A stretch of DNA of 64,000 nucleotides from Methanotrichaceae archaeon (GTDB taxonomy: Archaea > Halobacteriota > Methanosarcinia > Methanotrichales > Methanotrichaceae): NCBI GenBank assembly GCA_963748825.1, contig CAVVKN010000022.1, positions 32,001 to 96,000 of the forward strand, given 5' to 3'. The stretch's first letter is position 1, and each line of letters opens with the position of its first letter. Of the stretch, positions 29,872 through 40,314 are shown one piece after another. A program made the position numbers and the translations under genes. A model generated the notes under the pieces. It made no database searches and was not told where the DNA came from. It saw only the letters and a program-made list of their open reading frames with translations.

Positions 29872-30972
29872 ATGTCAAATGGTGTCAGTAAGGGCCTGGA
29901 TTTCTTATCCCGCTACCTTACTGTCTGGATCTTTGTAGCCATGTTCCTGGGAATAGCAATAGGCTACTATGCGCCCGGAATTACCCAGTTCATCTTAAGC
30001 CTGCAGATCGGCACAACATCAATACCTATCGCCATTGGCCTCATTCTGATGATGTACCCGCCCCTGGCCAAGGTGAAGTATGAAGAGCTGGGTAAAGTCT
30101 TCCAGGATAAAAAAGTCCTCAGCCTCTCCCTGATACAGAACTGGATCGTTGGTCCCATCCTGATGTTTGCGTTGGCGGTAATCTTCCTGCGAGACTCGCC
30201 TCACCTCATGTATGGCATAATCCTCATCGGCCTGGCTCGCTGCATTGCCATGGTCATCGTCTGGAATGAGCTGGCTCGCGGCTGCACCGAGTACTGCGCC
30301 GCCCTGGTGGGGCTTAACTCCATATTCCAGGTGCTGTTCTATTCAGTCTACGCTTATGTTTTTATCACAGTGCTGCCGGCTGCCCTGGGAATCGCTGAGG
30401 GAACGCTGGTCAACGTAACAATTGCACAAATTGCAGAGAGCGTTTTCATATATCTGGGCATACCCTTCCTGGCCGGCATAATCACCAGATTCAGCCTGAT
30501 CAAGGCCAAAGGAAAAGTCTGGTACGAGAGAGATTTTATACCTAAAATCTCGCCCCTGACTCTGATTGCCCTTCTCTTCACCATCGTGGTGATGTTCTCT
30601 TTGAAGGGCGACTACATCGTACAGCTTCCCCTGGATGTGGTGCGAGTGGCCATACCTTTGGCTATATACTTCCTGCTCATGTTCTTTGTCAGCTTCTTCA
30701 TGGCTTACAAACTGGGAGTTAACTACGAGAACACGGCCGCTCTATCCTTCACTGCGGCCAGCAACAACTTCGAGCTGGCCATCGCTGTAGCGGTGGGCGT
30801 CTTCGGCATCGCCTCCCAGGAGGCGTTCGCTGCGGTGATCGGGCCTCTCATCGAGGTTCCGGTTTTGATTGGATTGGTAAATGTGGCTCTAAAGCTGAAA
30901 GAGAGGTATTTTGCAGGGGCCAAGGCAATATGTGATGTCCATAGCAAAAATGAATTGTTTAGAATTTTTTAA
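29872..30972 (+). CDS. acr3: ACR3-family arsenite efflux permease
   Basis: [27 protein letters not shown] and GPLIEVP motifs. Confidence 0.96.
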   Translation: MSNGVSKGLDFLSRYLTVWIFVAMFLGIAIGYYAPGITQFILSLQIGTTSIPIAIGLILMMYPPLAKVKYEELGKVFQDKKVLSLSLIQNWIVGPILMFALAVIFLRDSPHLMYGIILIGLARCIAMVIVWNELARGCTEYCAALVGLNSIFQVLFYSVYAYVFITVLPAALGIAEGTLVNVTIAQIAESVFIYLGIPFLAGIITRFSLIKAKGKVWYERDFIPKISPLTLIALLFTIVVMFSLKGDYIVQLPLDVVRVAIPLAIYFLLMFFVSFFMAYKLGVNYENTAALSFTAASNNFELAIAVAVGVFGIASQEAFAAVIGPLIEVPVLIGLVNVALKLKERYFAGAKAICDVHSKNELFRIF

Positions 30973-31059
30973 ATTAACTAAATTTCAATTTTTGTGTCCG
31001 TTTCAGATCTGCAATAATTTTATATTCTCATCCATACCATCATATGCTGGTGAAAAAAG

Positions 31060-31275
31060 ATGAAGATTGGCGAAAAAAATGTTGGCATGATTGATCGTGT
31101 TATCCGGATCATTCTTGGTATTATCCTGCTGTACCTATTCGTGGTGAATATGGTTGCAGCACCGTGGTCGTATCTTGTTGCGCTTATCGGACTTATCCTG
31201 CTCGTGACCGGGGTTATTGGGACCTGTCCGCTCTATTCGATGCTCGGCATGAATACGCTAAGCAAGAAGGCGTAG
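31060..31275 (+). CDS. DUF2892 (YgaP-like) membrane protein
   Basis: KNVG.IDR.IR and TG..G.CPLY..LG.NT motifs. Confidence 0.9.
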   Translation: MKIGEKNVGMIDRVIRIILGIILLYLFVVNMVAAPWSYLVALIGLILLVTGVIGTCPLYSMLGMNTLSKKA

Positions 31276-31326
31276 GTGGAGGAAATAAAAAACTTGTAGT
31301 TTTGAGTTCGTCGCAGAGTGACTCTG

Positions 31327-31479
31327 CTAAATCCGCATTGTTGGTCCGGCGCCGGCTTTGTCACAAAAGCTCATATCATAGAACATGCCTCGGCGGTGGC
31401 GCATAATCATGGTCAAGTCCGCCACCGTTGTTTCCCGAATCAGCTTATCAACTTTCTCTGCAAAACCGGATGCCTTCAT
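31327..31479 (-). pseudogene. Truncated GNAT-like cassette ORF (50 aa)
   Basis: IRETTVADL..IMRHRRGMFYDM resembles a GNAT N-terminus; follows an attC-like site. Confidence 0.5.
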
Positions 31480-31508
31480 GTGGTCATACCTATGCCGAAT
31501 ATAGTGCT

Positions 31509-31572
31509 CACCAACACAGAGCCGAGCCAGAGCGCCCTATTCCGCCGATTGTCTCCAGCGCCATTGTTAGCC
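31509..31572 (-). other. Degenerate attC-like site
   Basis: R'' GGCTAAC overlaps the GNAT stop codon; the right arm pairs poorly. Confidence 0.5.
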
Positions 31573-32079
31573 GGTTGCAGCAAAGCCATCATGAAATACC
31601 ACAGTACCACTGGTTTTGCTTTCTTCGAACGGCAACACAAGAACGTACTCTTGCGGAACGCCGTCAATAACCAAGTCCGGGGGACTTCTGAAGCCGAACC
31701 GTTCGTAGTAGCCGGGATCTCCCACGAGCACGCAGCCCTTTGCACCCAATGACTTTAGTGAGGAAAGGCCTTCACGCATCAAGGATTTTCCGATACCCTG
31801 CTTCTGTAATTCTGGCAAGACAGAGATGGGACCGAGACCATACCAACCGAGGCTACCATCGGAAATAGTCACAGGCGAGAAAGCTATGTGGCCTACCACC
31901 TTTTTCCCAGCAACTGCCACCAACGAGATTGTAAGCACATTCGCATCTCGCAGTGCATTAATGATGAACTGTTCCGTGTGGTTACTAATTGCAAGATTCT
32001 CAAAAGCTGCTTTCGTGATCTCCGATATCGCTTTGATGTCCGACTTGATCTCATTGCGGATAACGATGTTCATGTCCAA
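31567..32079 (-). CDS. GNAT N-acetyltransferase (YhbS-like), cassette-borne
   Basis: VVGHIAFSPV, LGPISVLPELQKQGIG and LVGDPGYYERFGF motifs. Confidence 0.92.
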   Translation of the reverse strand: MDMNIVIRNEIKSDIKAISEITKAAFENLAISNHTEQFIINALRDANVLTISLVAVAGKKVVGHIAFSPVTISDGSLGWYGLGPISVLPELQKQGIGKSLMREGLSSLKSLGAKGCVLVGDPGYYERFGFRSPPDLVIDGVPQEYVLVLPFEESKTSGTVVFHDGFAATG

Positions 32080-32107
32080 CTCACACCTCGTGCTTTATCT
32101 ATTGACT

Positions 32108-32166
32108 GCTAAACAACGTGCATCTACCCGCGGCTGAAACCCGTTCGGGAAATGCCTTGGTTGGGC
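32108..32166 (-). other. attC site (59 bp)
   Basis: GCCCAAC-CAAG-GCATTTCCCG...CGGGTAGATGC-ACGTT-GTTTAGC. Confidence 0.7.
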
Positions 32167-32190
32167 TTTCTGTAAGTCCTTTGATCATTT

Positions 32191-32623
32191 CTAGCGCCAT
32201 GTGTGCTGACAATAAAGACATTGCGATTTATGAACACAGAGTATCTCACCGCATTTAGGGCAGCTCCACCTTTCTTTTTCGTTTCTGATGAAATGCCTTA
32301 TGCCGAATTTTCTAATGTTCTCGAGATTGCCGATCATGCTCATGCCATACTTGGTTCTATACCGCTTATCCAAATGGTTCAGCCTGACGCAAGGAAAGCT
32401 GTCACAACCAAAGCAGTACTTGACTTTAGCGTTCACCATCTTCTCACAGTTCTTGATTCGACATACTACGCAGGATTTCGATTTGAGGCTGTCGTCACCT
32501 CGGCAACCGGGGCATGGTTTCTTATCTCTTGTGAATGCGACGGCAGAGGCGGCAATTCATTCCGCAGGGAGCGATTAGCTTCGTGGAAATTGCGGTCGTT
32601 TTTGTCGATCTCTTTGATGTCAT
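32191..32623 (-). CDS. DUF3795 Cys-rich protein, cassette-borne, with a +1 frameshift near 32542
   Basis: IAPCGMNC.LC / CPGCR...C.IKNC...YCF.C..FPC..L..LDKRY...C..CG. Confidence 0.8.
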
Positions 32624-32665
32624 GACATGATCCTGTAGAGGCTATGTGAGGCCATCATTACTTAA

Positions 32666-32727
32666 GCCCAACGACCAAAATCAGCGGCGGCGCGTTTCGC
32701 GCCTTACGCTGGATTGGCTGGTCAGTT
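32666..32727 (-). other. attC site (62 bp)
   Basis: AACTGAC-CAGCC-AATCCAGCG..GGCGCG AAA CGCGCC..CGCTGATT-TTGGTC-GTTGGGC: 5/6-nt spacers and one extrahelical base in the L box. Confidence 0.8.
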
Positions 32728-32992
32728 GCCCAAGACCTTCTTCCGTCTCAATAATTGTGCTGTGCTGAAAAATGGTCGAATGCTCTCCCTCTGTTCTTTT
32801 TATTTCCCCACTACAGTGTTCTGACCAAACACACATCTTCTCCAGTAAAGAACGAATCTAGAAATCCTTATATATGAATAAATTGATTTGCCTTTGAATT
32901 AATATTACTTTGGTAGGACGTGTTGATGCTGGATAAAGAACTGCCAATGATCCATAGTAAAAGATTGCCCCTTCCTCTGTCGGAGGAAAATA

Positions 32993-33394
32993 ATGAATCC
33001 TGCCAGGACAATAGCGCTTGCTGCGACGCAGAAAATACTCTGGCCAGGCTTTATGGAGATCAGAGCATTAGCTAGAGAGCGATGTCTCCAGGTATGCACT
33101 CAAGTAAAAAAGATAGATGAAGAGGATTTAACTGCCGAGATGAAGGTCTTTAAGGCTGCAGCGGATGCGACCCGCCTCAAGATTCTCAAACTTCTAAGCG
33201 GAGGAGAGCTTTGCATTTGTGAGATAATGCTGGCTCTGAAAAGACCGCAGTCCTCCATATCCCATAATCTATCCATACTTGAGGACGCAGGCTTGGTAAA
33301 AGAGAGAAAAGAGGGAAAATGGTGTCGCTACAGGATCTCGGATGGGGCAGTTACTGATATGCTCAACTTAGCCGGACGGCTTAAGAGAAAGTAA
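32993..33394 (+). CDS. Second ArsR/SmtB regulator; N-terminus probably frameshifted near 33070
   Basis: FKAAADATRLKIL and ELCICEI motifs; an alternative upstream frame gives SACCDAENTLARLYGD, similar to the first ArsR. Confidence 0.85.
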   Translation: MNPARTIALAATQKILWPGFMEIRALARERCLQVCTQVKKIDEEDLTAEMKVFKAAADATRLKILKLLSGGELCICEIMLALKRPQSSISHNLSILEDAGLVKERKEGKWCRYRISDGAVTDMLNLAGRLKRK

Positions 33395-33410
33395 TTGATT
33401 TGCCAATGGG

Positions 33411-34219
33411 GTGGACAATATGGTTGGAGGACAGGCAGACGTTAAGCTCGTGAGCAACGCCATGGCCAATGCCACGAGAAGGAAGATCATGGCCATGCTG
33501 GTTGAGAAAGAGAGAACTAGAGTTGAGGTCGAGCAGGCAGCGGGAGCCAGCATGCTGGACTATCACCTGCAGATGCTACAGCAGGCGGGCCTTGCCGATA
33601 TGAAGGAGGACCTGATCGTCCTGACCGATTTCGGAAAGAATTTCATGGATACCAAGACCGAGAAGCCAGCCGTTGCCAGGAAGGACCTTTCCGGAACCGC
33701 GCCCCTGCAAGATAACTGAGGTGCGGCAGCTTCTTGCCCTGCATTGCCGATGTCTCCAAATTTCGCATCATCGCCCGGCTGGAGCCGAATTTGGGCGGGG
33801 CCCTAAAACTACTGGAGCCTCTCTTTCCCAGGGCCAGGTTCTCTGAGAGGATCGGAGCCCTCATCATTCAAAAGGGCAATGTCCTCATCACCCTCTACTC
33901 TACAGGCAACGTGACCATGACCATGATCAGCAGCGAGGCCGAAGCCCGGGCAGTTTTGGAAAGCCTGAAAGAGACCATCAATAAGGCCATCGCTAGCGGC
34001 GTAACTCCCGTTCCCAGGGAGAAGGTCAAAGTGGATCACGCTGAGGTCTACAAATATCTGCCCAAGACCGACTGCAAGATCTGTGGAGAGCAGAGCTGCT
34101 ACGCCTTTGCCATCCGGCTGGTGGGAGGAGAGACAGCTTTAGAGAAGTGCACGCCCCTTCTAGAGCCCAAGTTCGCCACCAGCCTGGAGACGCTGCGAGC
34201 CCTGCGAGAGTATTTGTGA
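33411..34219 (+). CDS. ArsR-like HTH fused to an Fe-S-binding (PKTDC..CG..C) domain; split by indels near 33708-33733
   Basis: AMANATRRKIM..YHLQML HTH; LPCIAD...; YLPKTDCKICGEQSCYAFA...CTPL. Confidence 0.78.
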
Positions 34220-34275
34220 ACGGTATGTTGTGAGCAGTATGTTATGAGTAGTATGGAAAATTTGAGGACTCGCAG

Positions 34276-34647
34276 ATGGGCACACTGACCATCATCCTGA
34301 CGGACGGGCCTTACATCTCGCAGTATGCCGAGATGGCCTACAAGATTGCTAAAGTGGCCCTGAAAGCGAATGCGCACAGAGTAAATATCTTCCTCTATCT
34401 GGATGCGGTTCATATCCCCAAAGCCGGCCAGAATCCCGCTTTTTTTGCCAATGCGGGAGAGCTCTTTGCCGAACTGGCCCGGCTGGGGACAAAGGTGGAG
34501 GCCTGTCCCAGGTGCGCTACAGCGCGGGGCTATGCGCCCGAGGTTGGAACCAGCGATGACTATGTAGAGGGGATCAAGATCACCAGCCTCTACCGCCTGG
34601 CACAGATGCTGGAAGAGAGCGACAGAGTGGTGACTCTAGCAAGATGA
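34276..34647 (+). CDS. DsrE/TusD-like sulfur relay protein
   Basis: IFLYLDAV and ACPRCATARG motifs. Confidence 0.85.
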   Translation: MGTLTIILTDGPYISQYAEMAYKIAKVALKANAHRVNIFLYLDAVHIPKAGQNPAFFANAGELFAELARLGTKVEACPRCATARGYAPEVGTSDDYVEGIKITSLYRLAQMLEESDRVVTLAR

Positions 34648-34985
34648 GATCGCTTTTCTTTCTTCTGGACAGTGCCCCCTACGGCAGCGAGAAGGCATTC
34701 GGCCTGCTCAATGCTGCAGCGGTGTCCAGCAAGATGGACGTAGTCGTGGGCCTGTATGGAGATGGCGTCTACCTGGCCCTGGCCGGTCAGGACAGCAGAG
34801 CTCTGGGACTGCCCAATCACTCCGATATCCTCTACGCCTATCCGGAGATGAGGATCTTAGCCCATGAGCTCTCCCTGGCAGATCGAGGCCTTATGAGCGC
34901 CGGCCTGGTGGAGAGAGTGGAGCTAATGGACGAGGAGAAGTTCTTTGAGGAGATGCTGGAATCGGATGGCATTATACTTTTATGA
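34644..34985 (+). CDS. DsrF/TusC-like protein
   Basis: SAPYGSE, GDGVY and SLADRGL motifs; overlaps the neighbouring gene (ATGA). Confidence 0.82.
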   Translation: MRSLFFLLDSAPYGSEKAFGLLNAAAVSSKMDVVVGLYGDGVYLALAGQDSRALGLPNHSDILYAYPEMRILAHELSLADRGLMSAGLVERVELMDEEKFFEEMLESDGIILL

Positions 34986-35305
34986 GAATATTTCTTTTGA
35001 CAAAGACGCCACACAGCGAGCGCACAAGACTCTGCCTGCGACTTGTAGCCGGCTCTGTTGATGCTGTGGTCTATCTGGCCGGGGATGGAGTCTACAATCT
35101 ACTGGGCCGGGCAGAGGCCGTTGAGGCAGGTCAGGCCGGCCAGGATTTGGTGACGCTTGTGGCCAGGAATAGAATCATAGCCTGCCGGGAAGACCTGGAG
35201 GCGAGGGGAATCTCTGCTGAGGGAAAGGCAACTGTGCCCACCGATTTCTATGAGAGTCTGGTTGATGACATGATGAGGGATGGCAGCCAGGTTTATTCCT
35301 TTTAG
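34982..35305 (+). CDS. DsrH/TusB-like protein
   Basis: LAGDGVY and EDLEARG motifs. Confidence 0.85.
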   Translation: MRIFLLTKTPHSERTRLCLRLVAGSVDAVVYLAGDGVYNLLGRAEAVEAGQAGQDLVTLVARNRIIACREDLEARGISAEGKATVPTDFYESLVDDMMRDGSQVYSF

Positions 35306-35420
35306 CTTTTTCTTTGCGGCAAATTATTTAAAAAATTATAGATTTATAGAGATAATATCTTTTTTAGCCCACTTCAAATTACAGAAACTCGGCACACTAC
35401 CAGTATTGCTCAAGGTTAGG

Positions 35421-36191
35421 TCAATAATCAAACCCTCGGATGAAATTGGCTATATTATGCTGAAGATTTGCATTGTATCCGCCTTCCAGAATGGCGAAGC
35501 GCCTCCCCTGGCATCTATTCTCCGCGGCCTCTCGGACGGCCTGACCTATTTTGAAGAAATCGTCATTTGAAAGCAGTCCCCCCCAATCCTCGATATAAGT
35601 GTCGAAACCGGCCGAGACACCAACGATGTCATATTCGAAGCCCTGAAAGGCTGCCTCGACCTGTCTCCTGTAACCGCTGGCATCCATGGTCAGGTAATCG
35701 AAGTTGGCATCCACTGATCCAGGATTGACGATCTTGACATCGTGATCTCCCCGGAATATGCTCACCGTTCCATCTCCAAAGTGCAGATCGATATCAATTA
35801 TCAGCACCTTCTGAGCCCTCGGCCTGATCCGCTTCACGGCTATTGCCATGTTGTTGAAATAGCACATCCCCCAGGCCCGGTTAGCGGCGGCATGATGCCC
35901 CGGCGGCCGGATCAGCGCGAAAGCGGGCTCACCTTGAAGGGCCAGCTCGGCGGCGCAGATGGCCCCGCCCGCTGCTAACGATGCTGCTTCAAAGTGCCCG
36001 CTCCCTCTTACGCGATCGATATGCTCTTTTCCATGCACCTTGCCGATGTCCTGCAGGCTGCAATTCTCCGGCTCTACGAACTCATAGCCGGCCTTTCGCA
36101 GCTCAACTGCCGGCAACCTCACTCGATCCGGATTTTCAACCGGGTTGGCCGGATATCTTTCCTCATATTTTTTGCTGTATACAATTTTCAC
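35421..36191 (-). CDS. Histone deacetylase-family (acetylpolyamine amidohydrolase-like) protein
   Basis: RPPGHHA, DIDLHFGDGT, SAGFD and LEGGY motifs. Confidence 0.93.
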   Translation of the reverse strand: MKIVYSKKYEERYPANPVENPDRVRLPAVELRKAGYEFVEPENCSLQDIGKVHGKEHIDRVRGSGHFEAASLAAGGAICAAELALQGEPAFALIRPPGHHAAANRAWGMCYFNNMAIAVKRIRPRAQKVLIIDIDLHFGDGTVSIFRGDHDVKIVNPGSVDANFDYLTMDASGYRRQVEAAFQGFEYDIVGVSAGFDTYIEDWGGLLSNDDFFKIGQAVREAAENRCQGRRFAILEGGYNANLQHNIANFIRGFDY

Positions 36192-36552
36192 ATTTCTGAA
36201 GTTGAGTTAGGAAGACTTAATCCATTCGACCGAAACAGTTGTCTTATATTCGATAAGTACGTAATGTAATTAAATTAATTTCGCTACTGATTAATACCAT
36301 TGCAGGATAATAATCTTGGAAGTTAAAGGAATCTCTCTAGCATTAAAGGAACGAATAATTAGCCTAATGTTCCTTTTTTGATAAAGGATTCTATCTTAGG
36401 ATATTGGGGGAATTTTAATAATTTTATGCGAATGTGGCGAGATTATAGATGGAGATACATTCAAAGATTATATAAAAACTTCTGCAAATCCCTCGACGCC
36501 AACTATTGGGCATAAAAAATGCGGGCATGTATTCAACTTTATTGATGGAAAG

Positions 36553-36750
36553 ATGCCTAAGCTCTATTCATCGAAGAAAGAGCTGAAAAGCATAGCTTTA
36601 AAATTTGCAGAGAACCATAAATTCAGTTACGAAGATATCGAACGCCTACTGGTTGAAGTTGACCGGCTAAAGTCATCTGGAAATCTTTCAGACGGGGAGA
36701 TCCTGATTGCAGCCTTCCGAAAAATTATGACGAAAGAACGTTTATACTGA
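36553..36750 (+). CDS. Small hypothetical protein
   Basis: 65-aa helical ORF following an AT-rich promoter region. Confidence 0.5.
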   Translation: MPKLYSSKKELKSIALKFAENHKFSYEDIERLLVEVDRLKSSGNLSDGEILIAAFRKIMTKERLY

Positions 36751-36922
36751 ATTTGAAAGTAGTTGCTAACAACACCTTCCCCCAAATTAAGCTCATCCGA
36801 CCTGAAACTTGCTGGTGAAATATGCGTTCTAGCATTGAGAGTTGCAGCGGCGTCCCACATTTCCCCACAGACCTCCGCTCCATCACAAGGGCTATATGAT
36901 ATGTCTTCCAAGGCATGAGGCG

Positions 36923-37267
36923 ATGCCCAATTTCAATGTCCTGCTGGAAGGTGCCTGGCTGGTAAGAGATGTCAAGACTGAGGATGACGCCATCGGTGTG
37001 GCCATCTCGGAAGCCGGCAAGCGATTGAATCAGAGAAAGATGGACTTCGTCGAGGTGGAGATGGGTCAATGGGACTGCCCGGAGTGCAGCGAGCCTTTGC
37101 CCGGCGTATTTCTCGTCGCCAGCACAGCCCTGGTGGCGTTGCTCTTTGAGATGAAGATATTCAATGCAGAAAGTGAGGAGCATGCCGGGCGCATAGCCAA
37201 ATCTTCTATTGGAAAAGCACTGGGGGCCATACCACTAAACGTTCTGGAGACGGATCAGATCAATTAG
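36923..37267 (+). CDS. UPF0212/DUF555 archaeal protein
   Basis: V.LE.AW.V.DV...DAIG.AISEAGKRLN, CPEC and AESEEHA.RIAK motifs. Confidence 0.9.
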   Translation: MPNFNVLLEGAWLVRDVKTEDDAIGVAISEAGKRLNQRKMDFVEVEMGQWDCPECSEPLPGVFLVASTALVALLFEMKIFNAESEEHAGRIAKSSIGKALGAIPLNVLETDQIN

Positions 37268-37273
37268 CCTTTT

Positions 37274-38872
37274 TCAGAAAAATCCCTTTCTGTCGTCGCC
37301 GGAGCTTTTTGGCTTAGGTTTTGTGGCAGTTTTTGCTGTAGATTTGGCAACACCCAATCCCAGCGACCTAGCCAGCTCCCTGAGATCTCTTTTGCCCGGC
37401 TTTGCAGCTTTTGTTCTCCTGGGCATTTGCAGCTCCTCATGACTTGTCTTATTCTCGGGAGGTTTCATCATCTTCCACTCCGCGATTTTTTTTAGAATTA
37501 TTTCTCGGCCCTCTTTTGCGTCTACTAATATCAAATCCTCTCTCACCCAATCCGGCAAAAATGAATTGACGCCGCCCAGGCTGTCATCCCCAAACCGGCG
37601 ATCGCAGAACAAGAGCACCCCCCTTTCCGATTCAGCGCGAATGACTCTTCCTGCTGCCTGCAGTCCCCGGTTGACGGCCGGCAGGGTATAGGCGATGAGC
37701 ATTCCCTTGGCCCGGCCATACTTTCTGGTATAGTAGCCGTTGATCTCTTTTTGAATCTCATCGTATGCAGCCAGGGGCAGGCCAACCACAGCCACCCCGT
37801 TTAAAGCCTCGCCCTTGTAATCAATTCCCTCGGCCATCTTTCCACCGCATACACCCGTTAAGACGCCTCCGCCCCGCCCGGCCAGGCGGAAGAAATCCTG
37901 CAAAATAGATGGCACATCATCGCTGCTTCGAGGCTCTACGCATAGCTTCTTTCCCACCTTGCGGCAGGAGGTGAGACATATTTCTCGGTAATTGTTCATC
38001 ATTGGATAGGAGGTAAAGAAGATGGCCACATTGCCGGGAACGCATTCTATTATCGATTTTATGTGCCCGGATATCTCCTCCCTATTGTCCGCATCTTCCC
38101 TGATCTCCAGTTGAGTAGTTGCCTTTTTTGCAGCCATTAGCAGGCGGTTTTCTTTGGGAAAGGGATTGGGCAGGCTGAGCTTTTGCGCCCTGTTCTCTTC
38201 ACCCAGACAGTAAAGCTCATAGGCCTCCAGGGGCGAGAAGGTGCCGGAGAGCATAATAGTCGCATTGATGTTGTCGGTGATGCGCCGGATATTGGCGGCG
38301 GGATCGATATTGTTGACCTCAAGACGCGCAAATTTCCTGCCGCCCGAACTCGTTACGGCGATCTTTCTCTGATAGGAAGAATCCTTTTCCGCCGTCTCTA
38401 CATCCCTGAGGTAAAGCAGCACCAGTGCAAGACTGGGCTGAATGTCGCCCTGCAGGTTCTCGCGATCGCCTTCTGCGAGATTCAGGTCGGCTACAGCCAC
38501 GGCAACATCGGAGAAATTAGATAGCGCTTCATCAATATCTTCGATGCCATCGTAAAGAAAGGAGCGAAATAGATCTGCGTCCAAGAGAGCCTCCCCTTCC
38601 GGCATCCTCTCCTGCTTGCTCAGCAAAAATCTCTTCAGCCGGGGAAGAAGAAGGCGTATAACTCTAATTCCCTCCCGTCTCCAGGAAGCCTTTTCTCGCG
38701 TCTCTTCCAGCCGGGCCTGGCCCAATGTGCCCTCGAACCTCTCTACCTCTTTTTCCGCCAGATCTATCATGCGCATGGAAAGAAGGCGCGAGTTCATGGC
38801 CCGCACGGCATCGCCCAGGTTATGCGCCTCATCGATGATCAGGGTAACCTTTTCTGATTCCATCTCCAGCCA
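37274..38872 (-). CDS. XPD/Rad3 (DinG-family) helicase, C-terminal part
   Basis: IIDEAHNL, SGT, FFTSY, EGID and QAAGRVIR motifs. Confidence 0.88.
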   Translation of the reverse strand, partial: WLEMESEKVTLIIDEAHNLGDAVRAMNSRLLSMRMIDLAEKEVERFEGTLGQARLEETREKASWRREGIRVIRLLLPRLKRFLLSKQERMPEGEALLDADLFRSFLYDGIEDIDEALSNFSDVAVAVADLNLAEGDRENLQGDIQPSLALVLLYLRDVETAEKDSSYQRKIAVTSSGGRKFARLEVNNIDPAANIRRITDNINATIMLSGTFSPLEAYELYCLGEENRAQKLSLPNPFPKENRLLMAAKKATTQLEIREDADNREEISGHIKSIIECVPGNVAIFFTSYPMMNNYREICLTSCRKVGKKLCVEPRSSDDVPSILQDFFRLAGRGGGVLTGVCGGKMAEGIDYKGEALNGVAVVGLPLAAYDEIQKEINGYYTRKYGRAKGMLIAYTLPAVNRGLQAAGRVIRAESERGVLLFCDRRFGDDSLGGVNSFLPDWVREDLILVDAKEGREIILKKIAEWKMMKPPENKTSHEELQMPRRTKAAKPGKRDLRELARSLGLGVAKSTAKTATKPKPKSSGDDRKGFF

Positions 38873-39582
38873 CGGAAGATGATATCTTGAAAGTCCGGGG
38901 AAAAGAGATGGGAATAGTTCATGATCACCATGTCGCAATTTTTGGCATAGAGGCTCATGATCTCGTAAGGACAGATTCCCTGGCAGGATTCCGTTAGTCG
39001 GGATGGCGGTGTGATTCTCTTCTTCAAGCCTTCCACTACATCCAGTGCAAGACTTGATCGCCGGAAATGGACCGTTCCGTTCAGCTCGAAGCCCTCTCTG
39101 CTCCTCAGGTAATAGGGACAGAAGGTTCTGTAGCCTGGCTCCTCCTCCGGCATGTTGTCGGAAGCAGGGTCATAGATGCTTCCGCTGCTCTTGCCGATCC
39201 TTGAGGAGACATAATTTTTTGTCCACTCTCTTAGCCGGGAGCAGCCGGCATAAACGCTCTCCCCGCGAAATTCATCTTCCAGAGGACAGATCTTCTGCTT
39301 GCCCACCATATAGGCTATTTCCGGCCTGTGCCGGGTCTTTGACCAGATCTTGTTTACTTCGTCGATGTAGATATTGATCTGAGAGACCGTTCGCACAGCA
39401 ACAACTGTTTTCCCTGTAGCTGCAGCTAAAACCGAGCAAATGCAGCTCGTTTTTCCCGTGCCGGTGGGCGCGTCTATCATCAGCACGCCATGATCGCCTT
39501 TGCTTACAACATCATAGACCGCGTCTAACATCCTATCCTGGTAGGGCCGGAGCGATTCATAGGGGAAATAGTCCAGGTACAC
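38839..39582 (-). CDS. XPD/Rad3 helicase, N-terminal part; 1-nt deletion near 38873
   Basis: FPY..RPYQ, APTGTGKT and Fe-S cysteines (CP, C, CPYY, CPYE). Confidence 0.88.
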   Translation of the reverse strand: MYLDYFPYESLRPYQDRMLDAVYDVVSKGDHGVLMIDAPTGTGKTSCICSVLAAATGKTVVAVRTVSQINIYIDEVNKIWSKTRHRPEIAYMVGKQKICPLEDEFRGESVYAGCSRLREWTKNYVSSRIGKSSGSIYDPASDNMPEEEPGYRTFCPYYLRSREGFELNGTVHFRRSSLALDVVEGLKKRITPPSRLTESCQGICPYEIMSLYAKNCDMVIMNYSHLFSPDFQDIIFRGWRWNQKRLP

Positions 39583-39702
39583 AAAAGAAGGATGATACTA
39601 GGAAGAGATAAATGCTCTCCACAGGGCGAAAATGAAACTCGAAATAGAAAAGTTAAAATTGTATTGGAGACTTGGTAAACCAAGGCAGCACTGAAGGTGG
39701 GG

Positions 39703-40299
39703 ATGATGAAGAGGATCATAGTAATTTTATTTATGATTGTGGCAGCAGCAGCTCTACTGCAGGCGGCATCTTCCAGCAAATCCGATTCCATTGGATCCGT
39801 TTTCTTTACACCCGGAACAGACATCAAAAAGGTGGAGGATAAAATGGCTGAGGCTTTGGTCAGGCTCGATTCCTGGAAGAAGGCCCGAGCAGAAGAAAAG
39901 AGAGAACCGCTTGTCAGCGAGATCGAAAAGGCCAAATTGTCCAGCAGCCCACCGGTCAATTTAGCTCTGAATAATTCAACTCTCAATAATATCAGCATCA
40001 ACAGCTCGCTTGGGAATTCTTCCCTTCTCAACTCCTCGGTAGCCAAAGTCTCTGATGCCAATGAAGATCGACTGAAATCCAATGAGGTTGTTTCATCAGA
40101 TCCTGCAAAAATCGATGCAAATAACCTGTCAGCCCGGCAGAATGTTGGATCCAGCTCCAAGGGGAGCTTTAACGGCTACTACGGCATGACCGCCACCCGG
40201 CATGAGATGGGCAAGAGCGGTATAAATTCTAAGATGTTTTTGAGCGGGAACTTTGAGATGGACAAGACTGTCAAATTCCAGGACCAGGGCGTCGATTAA
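39703..40299 (+). CDS. Secreted hypothetical protein
   Basis: Signal peptide and an Asn/Ser-rich linker with NxS/T sequons. Confidence 0.65.
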   Translation: MMKRIIVILFMIVAAAALLQAASSSKSDSIGSVFFTPGTDIKKVEDKMAEALVRLDSWKKARAEEKREPLVSEIEKAKLSSSPPVNLALNNSTLNNISINSSLGNSSLLNSSVAKVSDANEDRLKSNEVVSSDPAKIDANNLSARQNVGSSSKGSFNGYYGMTATRHEMGKSGINSKMFLSGNFEMDKTVKFQDQGVD

Positions 40300-40314
40300 G
40301 TCGCGGGGCAGAGA

